In this document: positions 26,208 through 39,623 of the stretch, in pieces | How positions within the stretch are numbered: the stretch's first letter is position 1 | Layout of the letters: each line of letters begins with the position of its first letter | Assembly (NCBI GenBank): GCA_964016885.1 | Contig: OZ024740.1 | Location: forward strand, 268,956,001-269,020,000 | DNA from: Eledone cirrhosa | Lineage: Eukaryota | Reading direction: 5' to 3' | DNA length: 64,000 nt | Translations under genes and position numbers: made by a program | The notes under the pieces: model-generated | Seen by the model: only the letters and a program-made list of their open reading frames with translations | Databases searched by the model: none | What the model was told of the DNA's origin: nothing

Positions 26208-27606
26208 TATTATAAATAAAATAACAGGAGGCTGGACTGGTGTAAGTCCTTGAAAGGTTTATTATACTATGATCATTTCAATGACCAGGTTCCGTATGAA
26301 TCCGATTTAATCGACTTTCTCCCCCCTTTCAAATTGCTGACCCCGTGCCTCAAGTAGAAACAATTATCATATAAATTTGGACCAATAGAGAGAGAGAGTA
26401 CGTTTCTAATATAGAATAAGATTTCTTTATTGGAAAACATAACTAGTTAAATACGTTTGTATGTCTGTGTGTGATTGTGTGTACGTGTCTTGGTATGAGT
26501 ACTATTCATGTGTGGATCTGTATGTTTTGAGTTATATGTGTACACATGCATACGTTTCTGTATCTACAAATGTGTATATGTAGTTGCACGCATGTGTGTA
26601 TGTATGTATGGTTGTATGTATGTATGTATGTATGTTAGAATGTATGTATGTATGCATGTATGTATGTATGCATGTATGTATGTATAGATGTTTATAATAA
26701 GGAAATATATGCATCTACGTATATTACTGTGGTACTATACAATTTTATAGTGCCGATTGAATTTTTATATTATTAGTTTTAGAGTTTCAGCTCTTTTTGG
26801 ATTCTTTTTATAAGGAATTTGTTGATTGGTCGCTTAAATTTTAAAGTAGTTGTATTGACAATAATAATGATAACTATGATGTATTTTAAAGAAATGGATT
26901 TCTTCTTAATTCCTTCTACGTTGTGTAATATTGGTACTTATAAAATCCTGATAACTGAAAATCGAAATAGGATTAAAAACCAAAAGCTTACACCCATAAA
27001 TCGACGTCAGTAAGCTCACAAAAAACCATTATCCATTTATTTATATATTTATGAATTTATTTATTCAATTCATGAATGTACTTAGTTCACCTTACCAGCA
27101 GTTCTTTCATGTTTTCTGCCCACCCACGTGTGTCTATGAATTTGTGATACAGAGTGAATTTCTCTGTATAAATACATCTATTAAATATATATACTTTTTC
27201 CATTTATGTATGTGCAGATAGGTGCGTATTTTATGTAAGAGCTACATCGGTACAAACACAGTAAATATTGCCTTGATGATAGAACTTCAAATAAGATAAT
27301 TTTTACTACGCTTGTATCCCGTTACGAATTACACGTACTTCCAAAGAACAAAACCATTTTATCGATCTTAGGAGGAAAACAATAATTCAATTCCATCTAT
27401 CCTCATTGTACATTGTATTTAAAAAACGAAAGAAAAGTGGCTTAATTGTGAATAATAGGTGCATCGTATGATGTCCCATGTTGATCCAATAAAGACGCGT
27501 GACTGCAACGCGTCGCCAACGATGTTATCTGTTATACCGGCTGTTCTCTACCAATGGCAATCAAATGTCGCAACACACACACACATAGATACATACATAC
27601 ATACAT

Positions 27607-27661
<55 letters not shown>

Positions 27662-28000
27662 GGAGGTGAGTTTTATTGTAGTCCCTAAATAAAATATTTT
27701 TTCCTCGCACATATCCTCCCTTCGTTAATTTTCAAAATTTTTAATTTATACAGTATCTTCCAACGGTTTTCAACCTCTCTATGTAAAAAATATATCTCCT
27801 CTCAGTTATAAAAACTATCTCTTTCTCTCTATCACCCATCTCTCCCTCTCATCTCCTTCCCTTTTCATCCTTTCCACACCCCCCCTCTCTAAATAAAATA
27901 TTTTTCCCAATATCACACATCAATCTAAAACCACTTTTCATATGTTGATTTAAAACTGCACTATCCACAAGTGTTTTTTAGCCTTCATATCATGTTCTCC

Positions 28001-28071
28001 TGTTTTATCTGATGAAAACACAAATATTATTGCATGATGATGTTTGTTTTTGAAATGCGCATTATAAAATA
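28001..28071 (+). ncRNA. Minimal type I hammerhead ribozyme
   Basis: GUUUUAU, CUGAUGA, AAACA..UGUUU, GAAA, UGCGCA (palindromic), UU|AUAAAAU. (TA)n lies about 40 nt downstream. Confidence 0.8.
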
Positions 28072-28334
28072 TATGGAACTCCTTTAACCATCTTTTGATC
28101 TTATATTATATATATATATATATATATATAATGGATAACAAATTATCTAGAGGTTGTGAGTACTCAGTATTATGGATAGTTTTAAAGTACCGCGTTGTTT
28201 GACTCAACAAGAGGTTTCCTTAGCTAGGTAGCGAGTTCGCGAGAATTCCTATGCAGGTTAATCTTGGAGTAATAATAGTGAAAGAGTGAAGAATAACATG
28301 GTCAGCTGTACAAAAAGGGTTTTATTTACAGTAT

Positions 28335-29312
28335 TTCAGCATGTGTACACTTAAATGTAATTCTCAGGGAGATTCAGCATGTGTACTCTTAAATTTAATT
28401 TTCAGGGAGATTCAGCAAATGTAAACTTAAATGTAATTCTTAGGGAGATTCAGCATGTGTACACTTAAATAGAATTCTCAGGGAGATTCAGCATCTGTAC
28501 TCTTAAATGTAATTCTCAGGGAGATTCTGCATGTGTACACTTAAATTTAATTCTTAGGGAGATTCAGCATGTGTACACTTAAATGGAATTCTCAGGGAGA
28601 TTCAGCATGTGTACTCTTAAATGGAATTCTTAGGGAGATTCAGCATGTGTACTCTTAAATGGAATTCTCAGGGAGATTCAGCATGCGTACTCTTAAATAG
28701 AATTCTCAGGGAGATTCAGTATGTGTACTCTTAAATTTAATTTTCAGGGAGATTCAGCAAATATAAACTTAAATGTAATTCTTAGGGAGATTCAGCATGT
28801 GTACACTTAAATAGAATTCTCAGGGAGATTCAGCATCTGTACTCTTAAATGTAATTCTCAGGGAGATTCAGCATGTGTACTCTTAAATTTAATTTTCAGG
28901 GAGATTCAGCATGTGTACTCTTAAATGTAATTCTCAGGGAGATTCTGCATGTGTACACTTAAATGTAATTCTTAGGGAGATTCAGCATGTGTACACTTAA
29001 ATGGAATTCTCAGGGAGATTCAGCATGTGTACTCTTAAATGGAATTCTCAGGGAGATTCAGCATGTGTACTCTTAAATAGAATTCTCAGGGAGATTCAGC
29101 ATCTGTACTCTTAAATGTAATTCTCAGGGAGATTCTGCATGTGTACACTTAAATGTAATTCTCAGGGAGATTCAGCATGTGTACTCTTCAGCATATGTGA
29201 GCCTAAATGGAATTCTCAGGGAGATTCAGCATGTGTACTCTTAAATGGAATTCTCAGGGAGATTCAGCATGTGTACTCTTAAATGTAATTCTCAGGGAGA
29301 TTCAGTATGTAT
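28335..29312. repeat. 38-bp minisatellite, about 25 units
   Basis: Unit TTCAGCATGTGTACTCTTAAATGTAATTCTCAGGGAGA, head-to-tail with no spacers. Confidence 0.95.
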
Positions 29313-29636
29313 ACGCTTGAATGAAGGAAACGAGTCGATAACAACATATAGGGTGGTCTATAAATTAATAGGGAATGGACTTCATATATAACCATGGTTA
29401 ACTTCCTTCTTACATATATCAACAGAACGTAGACCGTTTATCTACATATTTAGTTGTTATCTACTTATGTGTATAATATATATACACACATCATGTATAC
29501 ATTTTATATAAACATACGTAGTTATTATCTACATATGTTATTATCTACACGCATGCATGTATATATTGTCTATTTGCAAATGTTTGTGTATTTGTATGTC
29601 TGTTCCACGATGCATAATAATAATCGTTTTGAAGAT

Positions 29637-29717
<81 letters not shown>

Positions 29718-29775
29718 ACTCTCCCTCTCTCTTTCTCTCTCTCTCACTCTTTCTCTCTCACTCTCTCTCTCTCTC

Positions 29776-29811
<36 letters not shown>

Positions 29812-30380
29812 TCTCTTTCTCTCTCCCTCACTCTTTCTCTCTCTCTCTCTCTCAAATGTATGTCAACTTTCATGAAAGTTCGTATTTTTCATGAATGATC
29901 GTTTGTGTTCTAAAAGAATCAAGAATCCTTTTAAATATATATAAAAGCACAAAATTGTATGAACAAAGTACAGTTGAACTTTACATCAGTTATAGAGAGT
30001 TCAGCAAAGTGACGTGTTACTAACTGCAAGACAAACGCACTTTACCACAAAAAAACACAGAGCTACTTCCAGTTTACCAAAATGTGATAATAATAAGCAC
30101 AATAGGACACTGGGTCCAACGATATAAGCCTTCCGTTTACAAGAACATCTTAAATGAGGTAAGCTTCCTCATTGATTTATATCTCCTTGGTGAAGATATT
30201 CATAAACGAGAACGTTGTTTAACCAGAAGTTCTTGCTTAATTTCCTTCAAAATATGCGATAGAAATTATCTCCCCTACTAAAAGTAATATATTTTGTATT
30301 TTCAGGTCATATAATTATTAATAATGTTATATCGCGCAATGGCCATACTCGATAACGAGGGGGCAGACAACATATATATA

Positions 30381-30768
30381 CGAGGGTAATCCCAAAAGTA
30401 AGGTCTCCAAAACGATGGGGCCGCAGAGAAACTATTCGTACAGCTGTTGGCAACACTGTTGTGATTGGAGCTACCTTCACCTCCAAACAAGCATGCGCCA
30501 GCTGGGATGCTCAATCTTGGCTTGGCAGCCGTTGAGAATGAAGCTCCCGTTGAACGCTACCGCCAAGTGCGAATTTCGCGTAGTTATTATATAGAGGGCA
30601 ATCCCAAAAGTAAGGTCTCCTTCCGAGGAAAACATGCGTAAAGATCGGCGGATCACTCTGGATGCTCTCTGTATTTTGGTTCCTGAGGTTTCCCGAAGTA
30701 CCATCCACAGGATTTTAACGGAAAAGTTGCAATGTCGGAAGGAGACCTTACTTTTGGGATTGCCCTCG
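30381..30768 (+). mobile_element. Internally deleted mariner element with an extra internal TIR
   Basis: TIR CGAGGG(T/C)AATCCCAAAAGTAAGGTCTCC at both ends with TA flanks. Transposase fragment DRRITLDALCILVPEVSRSTIHRILTEKL. Confidence 0.85.
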
Positions 30769-30860
30769 TATATATATATATTTGTGTATAGTGGTAGCTA
30801 TGGTGCTTCCGTAGGCGGAATGCCAAAATGAATGATAACATTTGCTCCGGACATAACACC

Positions 30861-30951
30861 CGTGTCTGAGAGAACCCGCAGAAGTAGAATCAGTCAGATC
30901 CATACAAGGACCATGACTCGAGCTACATGCCGGCGAAACATTTGTAACACG
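30861..30951 (+). ncRNA. Type I hammerhead with one extra core nucleotide (CUGAGAGA)
   Basis: CGUGU, CUGAGAGA, [CC GCA..GUAG..AGUCA..UGACU..CUAC.UGC.GG], GAAA, CAUUUG, UA|ACACG. AATAAA and then (TA)n follow. Confidence 0.7.
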
Positions 30952-30995
30952 AAATAAACTAAGTCCAGATGCATCACTGATTTTTCGTTTTCTTG

Positions 30996-31064
<69 letters not shown>

Positions 31065-31076
31065 ATATATTAATAA

Positions 31077-31220
31077 TAATTGTTTCTAGTTTTAGCACAA
31101 GGCCAGCAATTACTCAGTGCATTACTGGTACTTTATTTTATCGACGCCGTAAGGATGAAAGGCAAAGTGAACCTCGGCGGGATTTGAACTCAGACCGTAG
31201 AGGGACGTAACTATGCTGTA
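31077..31220 (-). mobile_element. SINE family A
   Basis: Homologous to 35302-35492. Confidence 0.8.
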
Positions 31221-31331
31221 GTAATAATAATAAATGTAAAGACTAAAATCCAAAGAGGGCTTGATGAGGATAAATATATATCAAATATATAAGAACCCTA
31301 GAGCAAATATTTATTAAAATAACAGATTAAA

Positions 31332-31673
<342 letters not shown>

Positions 31674-31719
31674 CAAGAAAGAAGAGTGACATGGTTTGCT
31701 ATACAATAAGGGCTTTATT

Positions 31720-31834
31720 CACATTACTGACAATTGTTTCTCTGAACTGGTAGGTCTAGAGATCGCTACCCGCCTATTTTTGCGTCAATCGATCACCAAT
31801 TCTTTGTTATAACCAGTCAGTTCATCAGAGCGTG
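31720..31834 (-). ncRNA. Minimal hammerhead with long helix II and a GUC cleavage triplet
   Basis: Reverse complement: GCU, CUGAUGA, aCUGA CUGGU...ACCAG uUCAG a, GAAA, CAAUUG, UC|AGU. Confidence 0.75.
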
Positions 31835-32033
31835 CGAGAATGGAGGGAATACACAGGCATGGCTTCTATATATAGTAGTGGCATTAAATCAGAACAATAA
31901 TAACAATACTAACAATACTAGCAATACTACAATAAATTAGCTAGACCGTAAATATTTAAAATAATCACATCAATCTAAGTAAGACATAGAGTATACTGAT
32001 GGCTTTAGCATGTAAAACGAGCTGATACGAAGC

Positions 32034-32065
<32 letters not shown>

Positions 32066-33029
32066 GGGGGGGGAGAGGAAGAGTGAGAGAGATTCGGTAT
32101 CCGTAACTGCACCAATATGCATGTAAATATTTGATATGTAGGTACGTAAAGATACCAGAAAATATGTATTCAATAGCAAAGTCGTTTAATAATATCCTTT
32201 ATTATGGCTTAGTGCTGACTTTTGTTACATTGGAGTTTATCTGCGTATTCACAATATCGTCGAAGAAGATCACGAGAGAAGACATGTTTGCTGGTTTGGT
32301 GAACCTGGGAGTACTCGGGTTAAGATCATGAGTAATAAGACTCACCACTTAGCCATAATAGTGTGTGTTTAAATACATATATCTATATATTACTAAAATA
32401 CTGTGATTGCTTGCTCGCTTGTCTGTAATGTAATACAGCCAAAAGGGCACATAATAGGAAAATACTTTGAAAGGAAGTTTCCCCTGAAATGGGAATACAA
32501 ATGGAATAAAACACATTTCGCGTAAATCGGAGCACGGGTTCCCGAGATATGGGGTTTTCTGAGTACCTTCATAAACAGAGAGAGAGAGAGAAGAATAGAG
32601 AGAAAGAGATAATGGTTGTGAGAGAGTAGATTGAAAGAGAGACATAGAGAGAGAGAGAGAGGGGAGACAGAGAAGGAACATGGAAGAGAGAGAGAGAGAG
32701 AGCTGGTGATGTTTTTGTGTATATATATATATATATATGTGAGTGTGTGTGTGTGTATATCTATGTGGGTGTGTGTCTATGATCAGTGCATATAGATCAC
32801 AGACACCCACATATATATATATACACACATACACACATACATAATATATATGTATACAAGCACACAAATTTATAGATATATAACACACACGTATATTTAT
32901 GGGCCTTCCAGTTTCATTTCACATTATATACATGTCTGTGTATATTTTAATTATTTAAAAATTATTTTTAAGTGAACATGATTTCTTAAAAATATTTTGA
33001 AGTGAACGTGACCTCAAAACGTGACTTCA

Positions 33030-33106
<77 letters not shown>

Positions 33107-33170
33107 GTATATATAAATACATATGAATTAGTTTTGCGAGGTTTTTGATATGAAATCGTGTGTCGAAACA

Positions 33171-33535
33171 AATATTGTTATACTTGGGGAGGGTCATATT
33201 TGTGTAACAATATTCCCAGAATTAATAACAGAACACACTCACTGTTTGGTTGATTTTCGCTTCTGTGTCTTTTATATCGGTTAATTTAATTTATTCTGTC
33301 CTCAATGTTACCATTGACTGACCAACGGTCAAAAATACAGGTATAATATAGACACAAACACATATATATAGTCTAACAAAGTTCTTTCGTTGCACATCTG
33401 CAACATCATCAGTGGTGCTATTATGTTTCCTCCTGTTGTATTGTATGCCTACGCCATCTTTATTTAGTCTGTGAGTGTGTTCTGTTATTAATTCTGGCAA
33501 TATTTTTACACAAATATGACCCTCCCCAAGTATAA

Positions 33536-33541
<6 letters not shown>
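33171..33541. mobile_element. Fold-back PLE end with ~70-bp arms, enclosing an HHR-like motif at 33376-33415 (-)
   Basis: Arms 33171-33242 and 33471-33541. Reverse complement reads CUGAUGA u GUUGCA gaug UGCAAC GAAA GAAC UU. Terminus family is shared with 36596-37832. Confidence 0.7.
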
Positions 33542-33570
<29 letters not shown>

Positions 33571-33689
33571 ATATTCATTTGATTATTTAACCAATTAAAA
33601 CATCAGCTAGTAAGCCATGACAGACTAAGGGAAGTATCGAGCACTCCTTACATATGGTAATCAAAAATAGCTAGTGAGACAAATAATTT

Positions 33690-36490
33690 TTAAAATTTGA
33701 TAAAGGAAAAAAAGCAGGAAAAATTAAGAATAAATAAAAGAAAAAAAAGAAAAATTTCAAATATTGAAGGCCAATGAGAGGCAAATTATGTACAAGGAAA
33801 CGAAAAAGAAAAGGAAAATAGGAAACAAGTGATGCTGTAAAACAGCTAGAACTTTCTGTTGAATCTTTTCGTAGCTTCCATGTACTCAAAGATTTTATTT
33901 ATATTTGGTAGACATTTAACCATATATTGAACTTTCAATCTTAGTAGCTTTTTCAAAGATTGGTTTCAATATGGTCTCTCTCTAGGACTGATAGTTCCTA
34001 CATTGAAACAAATAGTGCCAAATAGTTTCTGGAGAGTCACCACAAGAACATAGAGGTGAATCTCTATGACCTGTTCTTGAAAGAATGTAGTTCAAAGGTA
34101 TATGTCTAGTTCGAAGCCAGCATAGTTTTTTTTTCTTTGCATTACTTAATGATCGATAAGTTTTGCATGTCAAATCTGGTTGAGAAAATGGGGATTGAAA
34201 TCTGTGAGCTTATCTCTGGATTCTCCTCAAAAGGTCCTCCACCTTTGACTAATTATATGTTTGCTAAATGATTTTAATATTTGTGATGTAGTCTATATCT
34301 ATTATTTTCTTCTTTTGCTAATTCATCTGCTTTCTAATTTCCTCTAAAATATGTATGGCCTGGTATTCAAATCACTTTTATTTCATTTTATCTATTTTTG
34401 CAGAGCATCCTCAATGTCTCTAACCCAACCCCGAATCAGTTCTAGGTTCGCTAGAAAACTATTTCTCCAGGGCAATTATTTAGCTGAATCTATGGATAAG
34501 GTAATTCCCCACCATTCTGCGTCAAATATAGTGTAATCCCGATGTAATCAGAAGTTCATATCCCTATAATTATTTTTGAAAGATCAAGTAGCTCGACAAC
34601 CCACACCCTTATCTGAATTTGCCCCGTCTGTATAGTAGACCCAGTTGTTAAAAGAAATTGACTGCATGATAGTGCTTTAGAGTTCTTTTGCTTTTTCTTT
34701 TGTGGTTTTAATCATTGTTTTAAACGATTTTTATTGTTTTTACCCGTGGAAGAAGCCAAATAGCATCTGTTTTCTTTTGCATTTAAACTGAGCAGTTAGC
34801 AATGTGCGTTTCCTGGACTTTTTTTCAACAAGTGAGTTGCAGTTAACCCTGCTTCATGAAAAATCGCTATCTTGGGAGTAAGACCTCAGACATCTCAATA
34901 TAGTTTGGCCAATTTGAGTACGAAATCTATCAATTCCTTAAAGATAGCTAGTTCTTGTGTGTCACCAAACCCAGCTGCCGTACAACAATTCAGCGTTGAT
35001 GACTCCCTTATACGGTGTTAGGTAGTGGAATTTCTTTGAAATTACTTTAATTGCATGCTATATTGAAGTCATTTTTTCAGTGTGTATTTGATATGAGTTT
35101 CTCATTTCAAGTGAGATTGTAACGAACTGCCTAGTATCTTGATGGATTTTTGTGTATCATTATTTAAATAATCATATTTTAAAAATTGATAAAGGAAAAA
35201 AAGCAGTAAAAAATAAGAATAAATAAAATAAAAAAAATAAAAATTTCAAATATTGAAGGCCAATGAGAGGCAAATTATGTACAAGGAAACGAAAAAGAAA
35301 ATGGCGGTGGATTGGCAGTATCGGTAGAGGGTCGGACGACATGCTTTGACGCATAGAGTTACGGCCCTTGCCATTCTGAGTTCAAATCCCGCCGAGGTTA
35401 ACTTTGCCTTTCATCCTTACGTGGTCGATAAAATAAAGTACCAGTAATGTACTGGGTAATTGCTGGCCTTGTGCCAAAAGTAGAAACAATTATTTAAATA
35501 ATCAAGTATAATTCATCGCATAGATAATTGATGGGTTCTGGATTATGGAAATGAACCAGTTGTGTTTTAGAGGGATCAAATCGTTGGCCATTTTCTTTTG
35601 TCCATTCAGTTCGAGTTGATAGGGCTGTGCATAACTTGGTTTTGTTGTTACTAGATGAAGTATATAAGTTGATATCATCTGCAAAATCTGATACTTCTAC
35701 AATTTTATGTAGATGTAAACAAGTTTGTTCTGTAATATAGACAGAGAGTGGGTGAAACTGGTGAACCCCGTGGGAGACCCTTTAAAAGGTAAATACTTTT
35801 TCTTTTCTCGTTTCCAAGAATCCCACTTGCACTACGATGAGTGAGAAAGCTTTCAACACAGTTACAAAGATATTTAGGGATCTCAAATTGGTGTAGTCCT
35901 TTTACTAGAGTGTTATGAACTACATTGTCATAAGCTCGATTTATGTCTAGTGAAATCAAGTTGTTCGATTCTTTCAAACGCTTTGAGACTCTGATGAATG
36001 TGGTTATTTCATGTACTCAGTTCTCAGTGTTTTTATTGACTCGAAATTCGAACTAGGATTTGGAGAAAATGTTCATTGACTCTCCTAAGATAATCTATTG
36101 CCTATGATTTATTCTAGCATTTCAGAAAGATTGCTTAGTAAAGCTATTGGACTGTATGATCTGGTAGTTATCCTTATATGGCTTTGTTATTACTAACATA
36201 TCAGTAAATTTCCATATATATGGAAGGTGTTGGAATTTGATTATACTATTAAATAAGTTTAGCAATATTACATGTATTACACACCAAGTTTCATTGATGA
36301 TTAAATTGGATATACCATCGGGGCATGTGGCTGTTTCCGGTTTCAATTCATTCATAATTGGTAGGAGCTCTTGTACAGTAATCGGAGTGAAATCTACGTT
36401 TGAAGTTCGAGGAGCAGAAGCTTTGTAATGGGTAGTAGATTCTGTTAAATATACCGTTGCCAAAACACGTTTATGCAAATAGCATAAATG
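33690..36490 (-). mobile_element. Decayed RNase H-bearing LINE (I/R1/LOA-type)
   Basis: RT motifs PDGISN, SLDINRAYDNV, GLPRGSPVSP and FADDI. RNase H motif YYTDGANSDKGVG. C-terminal CSCGDSPETIWHYLFQC. Confidence 0.8.
35302..35492 (+). mobile_element. Full-length tRNA-derived SINE, family A
   Basis: GGCGGTGGATTGGCAGTATCGGTAGAG (A-box region), GAGTTCAAATCCC (B-box), core and tail; inserted in the LINE. Confidence 0.85.
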
Positions 36491-36539
<49 letters not shown>

Positions 36540-36740
36540 CGTTTCTGAATTTGTTTAGCAAGATTCTTTATCTGAAATCGTGTGTTGAAACCGATATTGT
36601 TATACTTTGGGAGGGTCATGTTGCCAATAAGAAACACACGCACCAATTGCTTTCACTTCAATTTATTATAATAAATTTATAAATTTTTAAATTTCTGGTT
36701 GGTTGGTTGGTTCCACAACCAGATAGTTGTTTATATATTC

Positions 36741-36782
36741 TCATAGTTCTTTCGTCACACACTCTGTGATCTCTTCAGTGAC
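36741..36782 (-). ncRNA. Minimal hammerhead in the sense pLTR
   Basis: Reverse complement: UCA, CUGAAGA, g AUCAC agagugu GUGAC, GAAA, GAAC, UA|UGA. Confidence 0.75.
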
Positions 36783-37646
36783 TGGGGATTCCTTTCTTTG
36801 TTTTTGTGCCTCTCCTTTGTTCTGTCCTACGCCATTTTGTTTCTGTGTGTGTGCTGTGTGCTCAGTCTGCGCATGCGCCATATCCGGGTCTCTGTGTGTG
36901 TTTATGTTCATTTATTTATTTGTTTATTTACATGTTACTGGTTGGTTGTTTGTTCTATGTGTGTGTTTGTTTTCATTTTGTCCTTAATTGTAAGTTGTGA
37001 TGTTGCTGTTCCACTCATATTTTCTATTTAATTTTGGTTGTAATTCTTTTATGTTTATTGCCTCTGTGATTTGTCTAAACATTGCGTCTTTTCTGTGTGT
37101 AGATTCTATTTTTATTTCCATGTTCTCTAATTTACCCTTGTGTTCTATTTTAGCATGTTGGTAGAGTACAGATGATTCTTTACTATCTTGAAGGTCTCAC
37201 CAGTGTTCATTTATATGTTCCCCTACACTACGAGCTGTCTCACCTATGTACACTATATTTTTGTCTCTACATTGTCCTTCAGTACATCTTATGCTATACA
37301 CTACATTTCTAGTTTTACAGTTAATATGGGGGCTTATTTTACAGGTTATACATTTCTTATCTATACATGAGGGTCTTTGAAAAGGGTATGTCTTGCTAAT
37401 AAGTGTTTTTACGAGTGGGACAGCAACATCACAACTTACAATTAAGGACAAAATGAAAACAAACACACACATAGAACAAACAACCAACCAGTAACATGTA
37501 AATAAACAAATAAATAAATGAACATAAACACACACAGAGACCCGGATGTGGCGCATGCGCAGACTGAGCACACAACACACACACAGAAACAAAATGGCGT
37601 AGGACAGAACAAAGGAGAGGCACAAAAACAAAGAAAGGAATCCCCA

Positions 37647-37689
37647 GTCACTGAAGAGGTCACAGAGTGTGTGACGAAAGAACTATGAC
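37647..37689 (+). ncRNA. Minimal hammerhead in the inverted pLTR
   Basis: GUCA, CUGAAGA, g GUCAC agagugu GUGAC, GAAA, GAAC, UA|UGAC. Confidence 0.8.
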
Positions 37690-37827
37690 AATATATAAAC
37701 AACTATCTGGTTGTAGAACCAACCAACCAACCAGAAATTTATAAATTTATAAATTTATTATAATAAATTGAAGTGAAAGCAACTGGTGCGTGTGTTTCTT
37801 ATTGGCAACATGATCCTCCCAAAGTAT

Positions 37828-37867
<40 letters not shown>

Positions 37868-37889
37868 TGAGAAATGAAATTTCATGTTT

Positions 37890-38042
<153 letters not shown>

Positions 38043-38068
38043 TGTATGTATGTATGTATGTATGTATG

Positions 38069-38968
38069 GTCACCAGTTGGTGCTACTGGTAACATGTATC
38101 CCAGTACAACCTGTCTCATGGTCGGGTCGTTGGCGACTAAACTGGCAACCCCACCAAGGTTTCTTGGTGAGGAGGGTGACTTTGGACATCCTGCAGGTCT
38201 AAAAACAAAACCTGTCAAAGGGCAAAGGACCTCTTAAGAGTCAATGGCCATCCAAAATCACCGGGAGAGATGACCTCTTAGCCTTTGTCAAGGCAGAATT
38301 CTAGGAGAAGGAAAACTCTGATATAACACCTGCAACCCTGATGGTATCCAATGATGTTGACTTGTTCTTCTTTTTGGTAAATATCATCTTGGTTAAGAGA
38401 GTGGGACTGGCTTTGTGCAGTGCCTTTGCTCACTATAAAAGCTTCACGGCACAGGCATTGCTTTATATCTGGAGATCTCTCTGCACTTGTCGTCACATGG
38501 TACCATGGGCCCAGCACTGTGTCAATAATTGTCACAGGTGTAGTGTTTGTACCAGAGTTTTCAAGTCGCTGGCTGGATTAAAAAGTCACATTCGTTCAGC
38601 GCATTGGTAGGGGTTCTCCTACATGGATATAAAGTAGTGGCCGTACTCGAAAACGAGTTGGCAGCCACCATGTATGTATGTATGTATGTATGTATGTATG
38701 TATGTATGTTTGTATGCCTTTGCTCACTATAAAAGCTTCACGGCACAGGCATTGCTTTATATCTGGAGATCTCTCTGCACTTGTCATCAAATGATACCAT
38801 GGGCTCAGCACTACGTGTCAATAATAGTCACAAGTGTAGTGTTTGTACCCGAGTTTTCAAGTCGCTGGCTGGACTAAAAAGTCAAACTCGTTCAGCGCAT
38901 CCGTAGGAGTTCTCCTACATGGATATAAAGTAGTGGCCGTACTCGAAAACGAGTTGGCAATCCACCAT
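38069..38968 (+). mobile_element. Short non-autonomous retroelement (~600 bp, probably RTE-derived) with a (TATG)n tail, plus a partial tandem copy
   Basis: 38069-38670 is near-identical to the reverse complement of 57850-58428, and 38715-38968 duplicates its 3' half. It encodes a C2H2 remnant, CSVCTRVFKSLAGLKSHIRSAH. Confidence 0.75.
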
Positions 38969-39211
38969 GTATGTGTATATATGTATGTATATATATATAT
39001 ATATGTGTCTGTGTGTGTATGTGTCTGTCTGTCTGCTGTCTGTTCTTTTCAGCGTGTTTGCGTCAACAATACTAAATGTTGTAGTTGAACATATAGAGAT
39101 CGATGGAATAAATATTAGACATAAGGACAAGTACTGACGTAATTATCATCAACTGAACCCAGCTGCTTACGGCTGGCGGCATTTCGATGGCGGAAACTAA
39201 TAAAAGAATAA

Positions 39212-39270
<59 letters not shown>

Positions 39271-39334
39271 TACGTGTGCGCGTATGTGTGTGTATGTACG
39301 TGAATGTATATGTGAGTCTCTCTGTGTCTCTGTG

Positions 39335-39402
<68 letters not shown>

Positions 39403-39623
39403 TATAAATATATAAATATATAAATATATATATATTTATATATATATATATATATATAAATATATAAATATATAAATATATATAATTTTTATATGCAAAG
39501 TTTTATTTAAATTGTTGGGTTACAACGAGTAAATATTTATAACTGATATAAAAGCACTCAACAAGTATTTGGAGTATATTTACGATATTAAATAAATGGA
39601 AACTATATTTATAAAACCATATT

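Larger units (their letters stand above)
36596..37832 (-). mobile_element. 5'-truncated Penelope-like element: GIY-YIG fragment between ~420-bp inverted pLTRs
   Basis: 36596-37013 is the reverse complement of 37414-37832. The interior reads CITCK..INCKTRNVVYSIRC...VYIGETARSVGEHINEH. Confidence 0.9.

Noticed and set aside
28335-29312. Regular 38-bp array that superficially resembles CRISPR
   Set aside because: Units are contiguous with no unique spacers, there are no cas genes, and the context is eukaryotic.
38341-38610. C2H2 zinc-finger ORF as a host gene
   Set aside because: It lies within a multi-copy repeat, and the sister copies are frameshifted.
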